64,000 nt of DNA, from assembly GCA_900542465.1 (NCBI GenBank), contig UQNS01000001.1, positions 195,100-259,099 on the forward strand. Direction: 5' to 3'. Below, piece by piece: positions 1 to 10,405 of the stretch; position 1 is the first letter of the stretch, and each line of letters starts with the position of its first letter. The notes below the pieces were generated by a model, which did no database searches, was not told where the DNA came from, and saw only the letters and a program-made list of their open reading frames with translations. Made by a program: the position numbers and the translations under genes. This stretch comes from an uncultured Eubacteriales bacterium (lineage in GTDB: Bacteria > Bacillota > Clostridia > Lachnospirales > Lachnospiraceae).

Positions 1-1
1 A

Positions 2-805
2 GACTTCGATGACAAGACCGCTGCGGCAAGAAAATATAATCAGGCGCTTGATAATGCCCTCAAGGAAAACTATGATCTTGCGATGATACAGCTCAAGAAA
101 ATAGTTTCACAGTGCCCGGGTTTTGTGAATGCCCAAAACATGCTGGCTCTTTTTTATATAGAGAAGAAGGCCTATGCCCGTGCGGAAAAATGTCTCAGAA
201 ATGTACTGAAAACAGATACAGGAAATGTTCAGGCCAAGCTTTTTATGAAAGAGATCCTTGCCAATAAAGAGGCTATGGATAAGAAGCCTCAGACTGTAGC
301 GTCTATTTTCAAGAGAGATAATGGAGATGAGACAGTCAAAGAGAGAAGACCTCTTTCCGGCAATGACGTAATAATACCGAAGCATAGTTATGTTGGTTCT
401 GGAAACGGAGCTTTTTCTCTGGTAAATATTCTCATCGGTATAGGTATAGGCGCACTGATAATATTTTTCCTGGTCGTGCCGGCATCCAAACGTGCTGTGG
501 CGAAAGAATATCATAACAACAGCTCATCAGAAAAGCTTGCAGAAGCAAATGCATCTATAGCAGATATGAACAAGCAGCTTGAAGCGATCACGGCTGAAAG
601 AGATGCCTTAAAAGCAAGCCAGGCTGCTAATAATACAAGCGGAAAGGCAATGGTGGACAATCCGGAAGCTCTGTATTATGCGGCTAAGGCATATGCTGAT
701 GCAGGAAATACAGCAAATGCAAAGAAATACTACCAGATGTTGATAGACACCTTCGCTTCCAGCCAGTATGCTGAAGAGGCAAGAAATTATATCAGGAATA
801 ATTGA
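2..805 (+). CDS. TPR-repeat membrane protein (5' partial; frame open to window start)
   Basis: Reading frame of ORF 83..805 stays open back to nt 2. TPR-like helical repeats and one hydrophobic TM segment (LVNILIGIGIGALIIFFLVV). Confidence 0.55.
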   Translation, partial: DFDDKTAAARKYNQALDNALKENYDLAMIQLKKIVSQCPGFVNAQNMLALFYIEKKAYARAEKCLRNVLKTDTGNVQAKLFMKEILANKEAMDKKPQTVASIFKRDNGDETVKERRPLSGNDVIIPKHSYVGSGNGAFSLVNILIGIGIGALIIFFLVVPASKRAVAKEYHNNSSSEKLAEANASIADMNKQLEAITAERDALKASQAANNTSGKAMVDNPEALYYAAKAYADAGNTANAKKYYQMLIDTFASSQYAEEARNYIRNN

Positions 806-808
806 TAT

Positions 809-1447
809 ATGAAGAAGATCATAAGTAAAAACGGGCATGGTGAGATAGTCGAGAAAAAATCCAGGTTTATCAGTGAGCTGGTACATGTAAACAGCCCTGA
901 AGAGGCCATGAATGTAGTGGCTGAGATAAAGAAAAAACACTTTGATGCAAGACATAATTGTTATGCATATGTCTGCGGGCCATCCGGAGAACAGACAAGA
1001 TATTCTGATGATGGGGAGCCCGGCGGTACAGCCGGTCTCCCTTTGCTGAATCTGCTTGAGTCTAATGATCTGACGGATGCTTTAGTGGTAGTTACCAGAT
1101 ATTTTGGCGGAACGCTGCTCGGAACGGGAGGCCTGGTACGTGCTTACCGCGGAGCGGGAGAGGCAGCAATGGAAGATGCTGTAGCGGCTGTTCAGGTAGA
1201 TGCAAGCAAAATACTGATACCATTGGATTTCAAAGATGAAAACAGTTTCAGACGGATAGTCAGGAGTTTCTCGGAAAAAGGAAAAATGATAGAAATAACT
1301 GACGTAACATATTCAACCGCTTGTAATATTACGATAGTATGTGAAAATGATATTCTTGAGGAACTAGATAGTGTAATTACTTCTACTTTTTCAGGTTCGG
1401 TATCACCTGAAAAAGTAGAAGATACATTCATGTATAAGAATATTTGA
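809..1447 (+). CDS. yigZ: YigZ/IMPACT family protein (UPF0029)
   Basis: N-terminal IMPACT-family signature (GHGEIVEKKSRFISEL ... HNCYAYVCG ... SDDGEPGGTAGLPLL). 212 aa. Confidence 0.7.
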   Translation: MKKIISKNGHGEIVEKKSRFISELVHVNSPEEAMNVVAEIKKKHFDARHNCYAYVCGPSGEQTRYSDDGEPGGTAGLPLLNLLESNDLTDALVVVTRYFGGTLLGTGGLVRAYRGAGEAAMEDAVAAVQVDASKILIPLDFKDENSFRRIVRSFSEKGKMIEITDVTYSTACNITIVCENDILEELDSVITSTFSGSVSPEKVEDTFMYKNI

Positions 1448-1463
1448 CCGAATTGGAGGCAGA

Positions 1464-1640
1464 ATGGGTAGGATTTTAGACGGATTTGAAGAGGAGAATG
1501 GGCTGGCGGTCGCGAGACGTCTGATCGATCAGGGAGGTCTTGATGATAACACTATAGCGATGCTTTCAGGCCTTTCGGTCGAGGAGATCGAGGAACTTAA
1601 GAGAAGATTAGCCGAGGAAGTTACAGAAGACGAGGATTAA
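1464..1640 (+). CDS. small acidic hypothetical protein (58 aa)
   Basis: ATG preceded by GGAGG; fills the gap between yigZ and the next gene; stop abuts the downstream ATG. Below the ORF-track size cutoff. Confidence 0.3.
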   Translation: MGRILDGFEEENGLAVARRLIDQGGLDDNTIAMLSGLSVEEIEELKRRLAEEVTEDED

Positions 1641-1641
1641 A

Positions 1642-2508
1642 ATGTTTGGCTATGTTACAGTAAATGAAAAGGAACTAAAGGTTCGGGAATATGAAGAGTA
1701 TCAGTCATGGTACTGTGGCCTGTGCAATACGCTACATAAGAATTATGGAAGATCCGGACAGATGACTCTCAATTATGACATGACATTTCTGATATATCTT
1801 CTGAATGGTCTTTACGAACCGGAAGTCAGAGAATTTACTGGTAAATGTATTCCGCATCCTATAAAAAAAAGAGTCTTCAGGCAGACGGAGATCTCTTCAT
1901 ACGCGGCGGATATGAATATTTTACTGGCCTGGTATAAGCTTGTGGATGACTGGGATGACGAGAAAAAGATCACAGCAAGACTTATGATGTCCGCATTAAA
2001 AAAAGGCGCCGGGAAAGTTATAAAAAAATATCCTGAAAAAGCAGCAGAGATAGGCAGAGAGTTTAAGAAACTGAGAAAGCTGGAGGAAAAAAATTCGCAG
2101 GATATCGACAGGACTTCATCCTGCTTCGGCAGAGTAATGGCCTGCATTTGCAGGTACAGATCTGATGAATGGTCGGAAGAGCTGGGGCAGCTGGGGTCTG
2201 ATCTGGGTAGATACATTTATATAATGGATGCATATGAAGATCTGGAAGAAGACATCAAAAAGAAGAGGTATAATTGCCTTGTGAGCCATGCTGACGGATT
2301 CGGGGACAGTGAAAAGTTCGATGCATTTATATTTGACCTTTTAAACGCAATAATGGCCAATGTTGCAAAAGCATTTGAAAAATTACCTGTTATCCGGGAT
2401 GCCGAGGTAATAAGAAATATTATTTACGCGGGCATCTGGAGCAGGTGGGATCAAATCCAGAATAAAAGATACGAAAACCGGAAAAACAAAGACTATAAAG
2501 ACAAGTGA
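1642..2508 (+). CDS. DUF5685-like conserved clostridial protein
   Basis: 288 aa. N-terminus [31 protein letters not shown] resembles the DUF5685 family that pairs with J-domain proteins. Family assignment is from memory, not a search. Confidence 0.5.
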   Translation: MFGYVTVNEKELKVREYEEYQSWYCGLCNTLHKNYGRSGQMTLNYDMTFLIYLLNGLYEPEVREFTGKCIPHPIKKRVFRQTEISSYAADMNILLAWYKLVDDWDDEKKITARLMMSALKKGAGKVIKKYPEKAAEIGREFKKLRKLEEKNSQDIDRTSSCFGRVMACICRYRSDEWSEELGQLGSDLGRYIYIMDAYEDLEEDIKKKRYNCLVSHADGFGDSEKFDAFIFDLLNAIMANVAKAFEKLPVIRDAEVIRNIIYAGIWSRWDQIQNKRYENRKNKDYKDK

Positions 2509-2518
2509 TGAGGTAATT

Positions 2519-3301
2519 ATGGATCCATATCAGGTACTTGGTCTGACGCGGTCGGCGTCTGATGAAGAAATTAAAAAAGCATATAGAAAATTAAGCAGAA
2601 AATATCATCCAGATGCCAATGTTAATAATCCTAATAAGGACCAGGCGGAAGAACAGTTCAAAAGGATCCAGCAGGCATACAAGCAGATCATGAGTGAAAG
2701 GTCAGGCGGAGGCGGTTCCAATGGCAGCTATGGATATAGTAGCGGTTACAGTGGAACAGGCTATGGAAATGCCGGTCAGTCCGGAAGCAGTCAGGGCAGC
2801 CGGGGATATAGAGACTATGATCAGGATTTTTCGGGCTGGTGGGGTAATTTCAATCCATTTGGCGGTGCCTATCAGAGAAATGAATCTGCAACATGGGGGG
2901 ATGATGAGACATCCAACCGTCTGAAGGCCGCGATGAATTACGTTAACAATGGAGCTTACAATGAAGCTATCAGTGCGCTTAACAGTATAGCGACAAGAGA
3001 TGCCAGGTGGTATTATGTTGCGGCGTATGCCTACTATGGCCTGGATAATCAGGCAACAGCCATGGAGTATGCAACACGTGCCGTACAGATGGATCCGGAT
3101 AACATAACGTATCAGAATCTTTTGAGACAGATGCAGTCGGCAGGATCATGGTACACAAGTCAGGGTACCAACTACGGAAGAAAGACAACTTACAATACTT
3201 CCTGCTGTTTCCCATGTCTGGCATGCGTTGCCCTGTCAGGCTTATGTTCATATGCATCGGCGGGAAATGTGGGACTGCATAGATTTTTCCTCTGCTGTTA
3301 A
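2519..3301 (+). CDS. J-domain (DnaJ-like) protein with G/S/Y-rich low-complexity region, TPR-like part and Cys-rich C-terminus
   Basis: J-domain with HPD motif ([13 protein letters not shown]). G/S/Y-rich tract. C-terminal [32 protein letters not shown]. Confidence 0.8.
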   Translation: MDPYQVLGLTRSASDEEIKKAYRKLSRKYHPDANVNNPNKDQAEEQFKRIQQAYKQIMSERSGGGGSNGSYGYSSGYSGTGYGNAGQSGSSQGSRGYRDYDQDFSGWWGNFNPFGGAYQRNESATWGDDETSNRLKAAMNYVNNGAYNEAISALNSIATRDARWYYVAAYAYYGLDNQATAMEYATRAVQMDPDNITYQNLLRQMQSAGSWYTSQGTNYGRKTTYNTSCCFPCLACVALSGLCSYASAGNVGLHRFFLCC

Positions 3302-3344
3302 GATAGAAAACAGAAAAATACATTTATTTATATAGGAGTTTGAT

Positions 3345-5345
3345 ATGTCATCAGAAAAAGGGACATTTTATATGACAACTGCCATTGCATATGCATCAGG
3401 CAAACCTCATATAGGCAATACTTATGAGATCGTTCTTGGAGACAGTATTGCAAGATTTAAAAGATTGCAGGGATATGATGTCCGCATGCAGACAGGTACA
3501 GACGAGCATGGGCAGAAGATCCAGCTGAAAGCTGAAAAAGCAGGCATCACACCGAAAGAATATGTTGACAACGTTGCGGGAGAGATCAAGAGGATATATG
3601 ACCTGATGAATACCTCCTATGACAGGTTTATCAGAACAACAGACGAAGATCATAAGATCCAGGTGAGGAAGATATTCAGGAAGCTGCATGATAAGGGAGA
3701 TATCTACAAGGGCAAGTATGAGGGACAGTATTGCACGGCCTGTGAATCGTTTTTTACAGAATCACAGCTTGTTGACGGACACTGTCCGGATTGTGGAGGC
3801 CCGGTATATCTGGCCTCAGAAGAAGCTTATTTCTTTAAGATGAGCAAGTATGCTGATCAGCTCATGAAGTATATTGAAGATAATCCTGAGTTTATACAGC
3901 CGGAATCAAGAAAGAATGAAATGATCAATAACTTCCTGAAACCGGGACTGACAGACCTATGTGTTTCAAGAACATCATTTACATGGGGCATAAACGTTGA
4001 CTTTGATCCGGAACATGTGGTCTATGTATGGATCGATGCTCTTGCTAACTATATTACCGGAATAGGATACGACGCGGACGGTGATTCTTCAGAGATGTTT
4101 AAAAAGTACTGGCCCGCAGACCTGCACCTTATAGGAAAAGACATTCTTCGTTTCCATACAATATACTGGCCTATTATGCTCATGGCACTCGATATTCCTC
4201 TGCCTAAGCAGGTATTCGGCCATCCATGGCTTCTGACGAATGAAGGCAAGATGAGCAAGTCCAAGGGTAATGTCATTTATGCCGATGATCTGGTAGATAT
4301 TTTTACTGTAGACGCGGTCAGATATTTTGTACTTCACGAAATGCCATTTGAAAATGATGGTGTTATTTCATGGGATCTTATGCTTGAAAGATATGACTCA
4401 GAGCTTGCCAATACGCTTGGAAATCTTGTAAACAGAACTATTGTCATGGCTAATAAGTACCTGGGCGGAGTTATTAAAAAGACGGGTATTACCGACAGCT
4501 TTGATGAAGAACTTAAGGCGTTGGTTACGGATACAAGAGCAAGGGTCGAAGATAAGATGGCTACACTTCATGTAGCTGACGCGATCACCGAGATCTTTAA
4601 GCTGTTTAAGAGATGCAATAAATATATAGATGAAACAGAGCCATGGATACTGGGCCGTGATGAAACCAAAACCGACAGGCTGTCAGAGGTCCTGTATAAC
4701 CTGGTAGAATCTATCGCTATTGGAGCCAATCTTTTACAGCCATATATGCCGGAAACAGCAGAAAGGATCTTTGCTCAGCTTTATCCGGAAGATCCTGAAG
4801 AAGGAAAGAGAAAATATGATGATCTGAATAAATTTGGATTATTCAGAGACGGCGGAAAGCTTACAGATAAGCCGGAAATTCTTTTTGCAAGGATGGATAT
4901 TAAAGATCTTCAGGCAAGAGTTGAAGAAATCGAGACAGCTCAGAAGGCGATGAGAGATGCGGCAAATGCCTCAGCAGAATCCGACGCCAGAGAACTTACT
5001 GAAAAAGCGGAGAAAAAGGCTTATATTTCGATAGATGATTTTTATAAAACAGAGATAAAGGTCGGTGAAGTCCTCGAATGTAAGCCGGTTGAAAAGTCAG
5101 ATAAGCTTCTTGTATCACAGATCAAAATAGGTGAAGAAGTCCGCCAGATCGTATCCGGGATCAGGAAGTATTACAGTCCGGAAGAAATGGTAGGTAAAAA
5201 GGTTGCAGTTATCACCAATCTTAAACCGGTAAAATTATGCGGAACGGAGTCGCAGGGTATGATCCTTGCAGCCTCTGATAAAGAAGGAAATCTATCTGTA
5301 CTGACAATGGATAAAGACATTGAATCAGGCAGCAGGATAAGTTAA
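3345..5345 (+). CDS. metG: methionine--tRNA ligase with C-terminal EMAP/tRNA-binding domain
   Basis: HIGH-type motif (PHIGN), KMSKS motif, Zn knuckle CTACES..CPDCG, C-terminal tRNA-binding domain (IKVGEVLECKPV). RBS AGGAG upstream. Confidence 0.95.
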   Translation: MSSEKGTFYMTTAIAYASGKPHIGNTYEIVLGDSIARFKRLQGYDVRMQTGTDEHGQKIQLKAEKAGITPKEYVDNVAGEIKRIYDLMNTSYDRFIRTTDEDHKIQVRKIFRKLHDKGDIYKGKYEGQYCTACESFFTESQLVDGHCPDCGGPVYLASEEAYFFKMSKYADQLMKYIEDNPEFIQPESRKNEMINNFLKPGLTDLCVSRTSFTWGINVDFDPEHVVYVWIDALANYITGIGYDADGDSSEMFKKYWPADLHLIGKDILRFHTIYWPIMLMALDIPLPKQVFGHPWLLTNEGKMSKSKGNVIYADDLVDIFTVDAVRYFVLHEMPFENDGVISWDLMLERYDSELANTLGNLVNRTIVMANKYLGGVIKKTGITDSFDEELKALVTDTRARVEDKMATLHVADAITEIFKLFKRCNKYIDETEPWILGRDETKTDRLSEVLYNLVESIAIGANLLQPYMPETAERIFAQLYPEDPEEGKRKYDDLNKFGLFRDGGKLTDKPEILFARMDIKDLQARVEEIETAQKAMRDAANASAESDARELTEKAEKKAYISIDDFYKTEIKVGEVLECKPVEKSDKLLVSQIKIGEEVRQIVSGIRKYYSPEEMVGKKVAVITNLKPVKLCGTESQGMILAASDKEGNLSVLTMDKDIESGSRIS

Positions 5346-5356
5346 TAAAAGAGATA

Positions 5357-5393
5357 AGCCCCCATTTTACCGGATACGGTAGAATGGGGGCTT
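5357..5393. terminator. bidirectional Rho-independent terminator between convergent metG and surface-protein gene
   Basis: aagcccccat(17 nt loop)atgggggctt, a perfect 10-bp stem. Confidence 0.6.
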
Positions 5394-5425
5394 CTATATA
5401 CAGCAAATATTTTTAATACTTTTTA

Positions 5426-8400
5426 TTAGTGTTTTCTTTTAAGTCTTTTGAAGAGCGTTCCTGCAAGAACTATTCCGCCGCAGATCGCAGCCAGAACAGA
5501 AAGAGTCACAGCCTCCTTTTTATCACCGGTCTTAACGACCTTATTGCTGTCGAGAGTATTGTTTGATTTTCGTGCTATTGGTAAATTATCTGAAGGAACA
5601 TCCCCCGGCATTTTTGAATCATCAGGTTTGACTTCCGGTTTGTCGCCGGGATCAGTACCAGGCTTGTCACCAGGATCAGTACCAGGCTTGTCGCCGGGAA
5701 CAGTGCCAGGTTTATCACCAGGATCAGTACCAGGCTTGTCGCCAGGATCGGTACCAGGTTTATCATTATGAGTTTTTGCTACAGTAAATTCACTTTTAAT
5801 TACAGCAGCCTTCTGGTTTTCAGATTCATTAAATGCAACCTCTAATGTATGCGGACCCTCTGATAAAGTACTTAAAAATTCTTTCTTTAAAGTGATCTTA
5901 ACGCTGCCGCTTTCAGCTGTATAATCACCTTCTTTAAGAGTTTTTCCATCGACCTTAACACTATTTAAAGTGCTGATATCAGCATTATAGGTAAATGTAA
6001 ATGGATCTGTGCTGGCAGCTGACCATGGCTTATCCGGCTGTGAAGCAATGCCTACATCAGTCTTCTTTACACCTTCCGAGGTCACTACTACTGTACCAGG
6101 CCTGTCTAATGTGAAGAATGTAGTTGGGCCAACTGTTCTGACATTGTCGATCTCGGCAAGAGACCCATCCTCTCCGGCAAGATATAATACAGGGGATTTC
6201 AGGCCTGTGTTATTGATCTGGCAGGTAATACGAGGGGCACTACCCAGCTCGGTGCCTTCCGGAGAAGACATATAGATAAGGCGTGATATCTTTCTTCCGT
6301 CAAGTTCTTTTTTATCTTTTAACTTAGCGGCCATTGCCTTTAAAGCTTCATTTCCATCATTGTAAGAAATACCAACATCAAGCTGGCTGTTTTCATTAAT
6401 GTTAGCAGCACTTACACTTGCTTCCATATTCTTTGTGGAGAGCTTGAATAAGCAAGGGTTATTGATCGATCTTGCTTTTTCTGCGAGATCAGACTTTGGA
6501 ACTTCTGTCTTGTTATTTAAATCAAATTTCAGGTGGCAGATCTGAGGTGAAGAACCTTCTTTTATACCATCCATTGCATCAACGTTAACACGTAAATAAA
6601 CGGTATTTTCACCCTCTTTAAAATCTGTAAAAGGAAGCCTGAAAACATGAGGGAACAATCTCATATCAGAAGTATTGCCAAGGTTGGCACCTTCTTTATA
6701 TGAGACCATGTCGCAAAGGATGTCATTTGCAAACTTTTTGCCGATCTGGTTATCCTTAAATCCAAAGAGCTTGGTAAGTCTTCCTTCCACACCTCCTGAA
6801 ACAACTCTCTTATCAAATACGAGATATGCATTTCTTTCACCGTTCTTTTCAGTGATGATCATTTTGTGGTTGTTGGCAAGAGCTTCATTAGCCATTGACA
6901 TAACTTTTTCATCAGTATGCTGTCTGATCTCTACAGGCACCTCATAGACAGCATCAACATCCTTGAAAATAGAGACAGGAGAAATTCTTGCAGACTCATC
7001 ATAAGCCTTCAGGTCATTTTCAGGGATAGCAGGTGTGACTGTCTTATCAGTTACCTTAACATCGGCAGAGCTTTCAAGCCGAAGCTTTTCATTTACAAGC
7101 TTGACCCTGATAGAATCAGAGCTCTCATCTTCTCCGATAGTAAGAAGACCATCAGAGTTGATCTTGGTGTTGGCTGACTTGTTATTTTCTACAGACCAAG
7201 TATATACTTTATCTTCATCCTTGACCTTAGCATATGTCAAGGATGGGGAAAGAGAGTAGTCAGAGCCTTTCTTGCCGGAGTCAGGAAGGCCGGCAATGCC
7301 TAAATACATTTCATAGGCACCTGCAGAAGTGGAATGAGCCATGTCCGCATCAATAGGTGTGTAGTCTACTGTATCAGGCAGGTTATCAACCTTCTCATTA
7401 TTGAAATTCAAAAATGAAATATCCTCATCTGTTACAGGAGAACCATCTTTCTTGACAAGAGTATTTTTGATCTCCGCCTTTGATTTCTTCATGAGTTCAA
7501 GAGTTTCTGCCCATGACTGGGTAGGATAGTAGTTTGTAAATAGCTTATAGGTTTCGGGATTGCTGGATTTGAGTACGTTTATCATACTATCCGACGTGAA
7601 ATCTTCCGTCTGTTTTTTACATATTTCAGCCCTTCTATCATCCAGTTTGCTGAGATTTAAAAATTTATAAAGATTTTTTCTGTAATTATCAAGAACCATA
7701 GAGTTTCTATAGTTAAAACCTTCATAATTATCTATATCAGAAATGTATATAAAACATTGAGGCGTATAGTTATATCCCATGGCCTCTACACAAACCTCAA
7801 TTGTCTGAGCCCATCTTTTGCAATCCGGAGAATAATTAATAGGATCTTTATCGTTTATGCTCCTTTTTAAAGGAGACAATTCTATTTCAAAATCGTCATT
7901 GAGGTAGCCGTCATAAGCTCTGTGTACTTTATATCCGTCTGCATTGATTTCTTTCAAATGCTCATGGGCATCATAACTTCTTTTGTTTGCAAGAACACTT
8001 CCCAATCCTAAACTAGGGGCAAACATATCTTCAATATCAACTATATTGTAGATCTGACCATGTAGTCCTGCTGCATTGAAATGATTATCAGATTTTACTC
8101 TAAGGAAATACTTATCACCTCTCTTAATAATTGCCCCCGCCTTTTTAAAACAGCCACCTTGTCCGGTATTTCCATTTGCCATGGAAAATTCCATATCATT
8201 TTCTAATTCTGAAACTTCATCATTGTGCTGTTCTTTCACATGATCAGGTAAGTCATCTGAATAAGTATCAAGATTACCTGCATATGTTGTAATATCGACT
8301 ACAACATCTTTAATCTTTTCGGGCTTATTAAATATTTCATTATCAGCACTCCATGACGGATCAATTCCAAACTCTATTACTTCATGTAATTTGTTGTCAT

Positions 8401-9397
8401 ATTTTAAAAATCCGTTGTTTATACCGTTATTGAAACCCTCTTTAAACTTTGATAGAGTTTTATTTATTTCATCGGTAAAATCTAATTTGGTAAATGCAGT
8501 ATAGGCATTTTTATAGATCTCTTCATCAGGTAAACTATTATTTTTTTGCGCTTCTTCCATAATAAGTTGGCAAAGCTGTCGTACCTTTACATTCTTTTCA
8601 ATTGCTGGCATGATATCATCTATGCTATCAAGTAAGCCTTTTCCATCTTCATAGCTTTTGACACCAGGGAAAATATTTTCAACTGTTGGAGATGAAACGA
8701 ATTCAAATTCAAATTTCAGACTTTTTATATCATCAATAGACTTTTCTACTATGTAGGTAGCATTATCTATTGAAGGGATTTTTTTCATAATGGAATTATT
8801 ACCATAAATATCATTAACTTCATAATAAGAATCATCTACCATATGTTTCTTAACAGGGAAAATTTTTTTATCTCCATCTATTAAAGCAACATTTTCATAG
8901 CCTAATCTTTCGCCGCTAAAACCATCAAAAATAATGCTTGCCGAATTAAACCTGACAGATATCTCTGTTTTGTTTTCGCCTAAGCTTTTGAATTTTACGT
9001 ATTTTTGAACCTTTTGATTATGAAGTCCTGTATTTATACTACTGATCATATGTGAACTCTTATCAGGAAGATGGTTATCTTTCAGGTCGAGTCCTGCAAC
9101 ATATTTTCCGTTTATAAGATTTTCCCATATTTGTGTACTTTTATCACTGGTTTTCGTGAGATCTGTATAGCTGCCGCCTATAATGTTAGTAACTGTATTT
9201 ATCTGTTTAACAACAGACTTATCAGCGGATCTGTTAACAGAAGATGTATCAAGGGGCTTTGTTTCGCTGCCCTGAGGTGCGGCATGGACAGCTGCCGTAC
9301 CGCCCATGATAATTGTTCCGGCAAGTAAAAAGGATAGAGCACTGGCTTTACCCTTGCTAAAGCTGTTGCCTTTCTTAGTTGATTTCATTTTTGACAT
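5426..9397 (-). CDS. large cell-surface protein with signal peptide, Pro-rich PGTDPGDK tandem repeats and C-terminal sorting-signal-like tail (VKTGD + TM + KRLKRKH)
   Basis: 1332-aa ORF. Likely start MSKMKSTKK after GGAGGA. Signal peptide ALSFLLAGTIIMGGTAAVHA. C-terminal repeat, hydrophobic segment and basic tail. Confidence 0.8.
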   Translation of the reverse strand: MSKMKSTKKGNSFSKGKASALSFLLAGTIIMGGTAAVHAAPQGSETKPLDTSSVNRSADKSVVKQINTVTNIIGGSYTDLTKTSDKSTQIWENLINGKYVAGLDLKDNHLPDKSSHMISSINTGLHNQKVQKYVKFKSLGENKTEISVRFNSASIIFDGFSGERLGYENVALIDGDKKIFPVKKHMVDDSYYEVNDIYGNNSIMKKIPSIDNATYIVEKSIDDIKSLKFEFEFVSSPTVENIFPGVKSYEDGKGLLDSIDDIMPAIEKNVKVRQLCQLIMEEAQKNNSLPDEEIYKNAYTAFTKLDFTDEINKTLSKFKEGFNNGINNGFLKYDNKLHEVIEFGIDPSWSADNEIFNKPEKIKDVVVDITTYAGNLDTYSDDLPDHVKEQHNDEVSELENDMEFSMANGNTGQGGCFKKAGAIIKRGDKYFLRVKSDNHFNAAGLHGQIYNIVDIEDMFAPSLGLGSVLANKRSYDAHEHLKEINADGYKVHRAYDGYLNDDFEIELSPLKRSINDKDPINYSPDCKRWAQTIEVCVEAMGYNYTPQCFIYISDIDNYEGFNYRNSMVLDNYRKNLYKFLNLSKLDDRRAEICKKQTEDFTSDSMINVLKSSNPETYKLFTNYYPTQSWAETLELMKKSKAEIKNTLVKKDGSPVTDEDISFLNFNNEKVDNLPDTVDYTPIDADMAHSTSAGAYEMYLGIAGLPDSGKKGSDYSLSPSLTYAKVKDEDKVYTWSVENNKSANTKINSDGLLTIGEDESSDSIRVKLVNEKLRLESSADVKVTDKTVTPAIPENDLKAYDESARISPVSIFKDVDAVYEVPVEIRQHTDEKVMSMANEALANNHKMIITEKNGERNAYLVFDKRVVSGGVEGRLTKLFGFKDNQIGKKFANDILCDMVSYKEGANLGNTSDMRLFPHVFRLPFTDFKEGENTVYLRVNVDAMDGIKEGSSPQICHLKFDLNNKTEVPKSDLAEKARSINNPCLFKLSTKNMEASVSAANINENSQLDVGISYNDGNEALKAMAAKLKDKKELDGRKISRLIYMSSPEGTELGSAPRITCQINNTGLKSPVLYLAGEDGSLAEIDNVRTVGPTTFFTLDRPGTVVVTSEGVKKTDVGIASQPDKPWSAASTDPFTFTYNADISTLNSVKVDGKTLKEGDYTAESGSVKITLKKEFLSTLSEGPHTLEVAFNESENQKAAVIKSEFTVAKTHNDKPGTDPGDKPGTDPGDKPGTVPGDKPGTDPGDKPGTDPGDKPEVKPDDSKMPGDVPSDNLPIARKSNNTLDSNKVVKTGDKKEAVTLSVLAAICGGIVLAGTLFKRLKRKH
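5630..5766. repeat. about 5.5 copies of a 24-bp tandem repeat encoding (PGTDPGDK)n
   Basis: ccaggcttgtc(a/g)cc(a/g)ggatcagta repeated head to tail. Confidence 0.85.
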
Positions 9398-9623
9398 TTT
9401 AAATATGTATCCTCCATAATCCATAATATGAAAAGTTAAAATAAGTTAGCGAAAACTAACTGTGCCATAAATAGTTACCCCAGACTAACTGGAGTCATTG
9501 TAATAGTTTATTTATAAAATGTCAATAAACTATTACATAGTTAAAAATTAAATTAAAGGAGCATATATGTTATTATTAGGCAGTAACTACATGCCTATGA
9601 ACACAATATAAAAAGGAAGATAG

Positions 9624-10403
9624 ATGTATCAGGGGATTATAGACACGCACGCTCATTATGATGATGAGGCATACGATGAAGACAGATATTCTTTAATTAA
9701 AGAATTCAGTGAAAATGGCATTGAAATGATAATTAATGCCGGAGCTTCTCTTAGAGGGGCATATGACTCGATTGAACTGGCTAAAAAATATGACATATTT
9801 TATGCTGTTATTGGGATCCATCCGGATGAATTAGAAAATATCAGCTTAGAGGACTTCCGGGGACTTGAAGAAGCAGCAGCTTTTGAAAAAGTACTTGGGA
9901 TCGGTGAGATAGGACTGGATTATCATAATAATGTGTGTGACAAGGAAGTGCAGAAAAAATGGTTTAGATACCAGCTGGAAATGGCGGTCAGACTTAATAT
10001 GCCGGTCGTGATCCACTCACGGGATGCAGAAGCAGATACGGAGAAGATACTTAAAGAATATGCAGACAGGCTGAAGGGATGTGTTCTCCATTGCTATTCA
10101 TATTCCGCTGAATCTGCTAAGGTATTTACGAAATTGGGATTTTATTTCGGAATTGGCGGGGTATCTACATTTAAAAATGCAAAAAAGTTAATAGAAGCAA
10201 TGAAAGAAATTCCATTAGACAGGATCTTTCTGGAAACGGATGCTCCTTACTTATCGCCGGTTCCTTTCAGGGGAAAAAGGAATTCATCTCTTTATTTGTC
10301 ATATGTAGTGGATGCAATAGCTGCTGTCAAGGGTGTAAGCCCGGAGGAAGTGGTGAAGATAACAAGTGAAAATGTAAAAAGATTTTATGGTATCGAAAGG
10401 TAA
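9624..10403 (+). CDS. tatD: TatD family metal-dependent DNase/hydrolase
   Basis: IDTHAHYDDEAYDEDR, GEIGLDYH, ETDAPYL motifs. Confidence 0.9.
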   Translation: MYQGIIDTHAHYDDEAYDEDRYSLIKEFSENGIEMIINAGASLRGAYDSIELAKKYDIFYAVIGIHPDELENISLEDFRGLEEAAAFEKVLGIGEIGLDYHNNVCDKEVQKKWFRYQLEMAVRLNMPVVIHSRDAEADTEKILKEYADRLKGCVLHCYSYSAESAKVFTKLGFYFGIGGVSTFKNAKKLIEAMKEIPLDRIFLETDAPYLSPVPFRGKRNSSLYLSYVVDAIAAVKGVSPEEVVKITSENVKRFYGIER

Positions 10404-10405
10404 TT

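Noticed and set aside
107-514. Numerous antisense or alternate-frame ORFs inside housekeeping and phage structural genes (e.g. 107-514, 1812-2216, 16865-17329, 33950-34423)
   Set aside because: They lie embedded opposite well-supported genes, with no RBS or conservation signal.
3302-3344. T-box leader before metG (and before cysE/cysS)
   Set aside because: The intergenic spacers are only 43 nt and 20-50 nt, too short for a T-box. No specifier or antiterminator motif is visible.
5426-9397. Zinc metallopeptidase (HEXXH) in the 1332-aa surface protein
   Set aside because: The only HE-containing stretch, DAHEHLKE, does not fit HEXXH. No enzymatic domain could be assigned.
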